Source: Amoebophrya sp. A120
Lineage: Eukaryota > Protista > Dinoflagellata
Length of the DNA: 64,000 nt
Assembly (NCBI GenBank): GCA_905178155.1
Contig: CAJINV010000005.1
Span: forward strand, 439,319-503,318
Reading direction: 5' to 3'
The notes beneath the pieces were generated by a model that ran no database searches, was not told the DNA's origin, and saw only the letters and a list, made by a program, of their open reading frames with translations. Below, one piece after another: positions 62,489-64,000 of this stretch. The number at the start of each line of letters is the position of its first letter. Position 1 is the stretch's first letter. Both the position numbers and the translations under genes were made by a program.

Positions 62489-64000
62489 GGTGAAGATCCA
62501 CCTGCTGGCAGCACACCGGAGAGGAACAATCAACGAAGTAGTGATCCGCTACGTGGATCTATTTGACCTCCTGCAGGTCGTGCTCGTCGTGCGGAGAAAT
62601 TCTAACCCGCCCTTAGAGAGCAAGGAAGTCAATCGTCAGATAGTCCCGTAGTTATCGTACTTATCGCGGCAACAGCGGAAAATACAGAAGTAAACCGACC
62701 AGGGGCGACAAGTGGGCGACGAAAGAGAAGTTCTCGGTGCTAACAACCACAGGCGCAAGATATCTTCGGGGGTTGATCGAGTCAGGGCTTCTTTCAACAC
62801 TTCGAATAAAACAAGTATTTCATTGAGGACTACACTACCTTTTGAAGATGTAGATGACGTGATTTTGTCTGTTGCCTCCTTATCTATCTGCTAAGCTACT
62901 TAACTTAAGTTCCTTCTCTATTTGATCTAGTGGAATATTTTCATGCGAGCAGTGATGGATCAAGAGAGTCCTCATGATCAACGTAAAGCATCGAGTATCA
63001 TCGTTGTGAGCAGTTGCAAGGGTTGTAGTGCTATTTTTTCAGTGCCGCGTGCTCGACGGGTACAGCTCGCTTCACAGCTCTACATGAAAGAAGCAAAAAT
63101 CGGTAGGTCTTACCGCGTGTAGTTCAGGGGATACAAATTTCGCTTTGCTAGAACTAGATGTAGGAAAAAGGTCGTGCAGCGATACAAAACAACTTCTCGA
63201 GGAGCAGCGGTAAAACCATTCGTTGCACAGGCTGTCATCAATGTGGAACGGCATGAAGAATCGGTATTTAGTGAAGCGCTCTGCTATGTCGTCCTATACT
63301 ATTCCATCGTATGTTTAAAAATGTGTGGTCTTCTATGGAAACAGAAACCATTTCTTTCCTTACAACTTCATGCTGAATGTCCATCAGAATCCGAATTGTT
63401 GTGTCTACAGCTGCTCAGTCTGATATCACAGATACACTTCCATCTTGTCCTCTTTCCCATGTACAACATGTACAGTAAATTCAACCAGCTTTGATACTTG
63501 TATCTTCATCTTCATCATCCTCGTTCAACGTCACTTGCCGGCTGCTTCTTGGAACTTATTCTTATTGCACTACCACTATAGCGGATACACATACAGTGAA
63601 ACACCAACACGTAAGTAGAATGATCAACGAAAGCACATGCTGGTATCATAGCGGATTACTAGTTTGCTCGACTTCCAGTTTTTTCTTGCCTATATCACAA
63701 TCTTCCAACAGGATCATGAAGTTACGTTTTTTTTTCCGGTCGTGCACATGGATGCTGTCTTCAAATTGACGCACGAAATGCTTGTGCTTGTTGAGATTGA
63801 GGCTTGCAGTCGAACCCACACAGGAGACAGTCTTGCCTCCTTTGCAAAGACAACACGGAGCACTCAATGGCTGATTGTGGTTGCGCTACGCAACCTCAGA
63901 TGATTCCACCAACATAATCGAATTGCGTTCTGTATTGTCAAGGTCAGGCACAACATGTCTCTACTAGCAAAGCGAGGTGACCTACGTCCCGCTTGTGAAA

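Overview
Eukaryotic genomic DNA, gene-dense and intron-containing. The architecture best fits an alveolate of the Amoebophrya/Syndiniales (parasitic dinoflagellate) type; this is an inference, not a database match. About 12 protein-coding genes all lie on the minus strand: an SDR oxidoreductase, a PP2C phosphatase, a U-box/ankyrin E3 ligase, a FAR-17a/AIG1-like membrane protein, a degenerate SNF2/RING protein, an MFS transporter, a possible CmcJ/NvfI-like oxygenase, a WRN-type 3'-5' exonuclease and several hypotheticals. The dominant signal is 35 MITE-like elements of 121-328 bp from about 11 terminal-inverted-repeat (TIR) families, read by eye. All sit inside coding exons, are bounded by TA...TA (3 variants) and are flanked by a 5-bp direct repeat (DR; 29 of 35 perfect). 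Removing the element plus one DR copy restores the reading frame, often rebuilding textbook motifs, yet the boundaries are not GT-AG. Copies occur in both orientations, and all families share an internal array of a TGTNWTGC motif. They behave as non-canonical introner introns (or IES-like DNA excision units) coexisting with ordinary GT-AG introns. No transposase, RNA gene or CRISPR array was found. Family letters A-J are my own labels.
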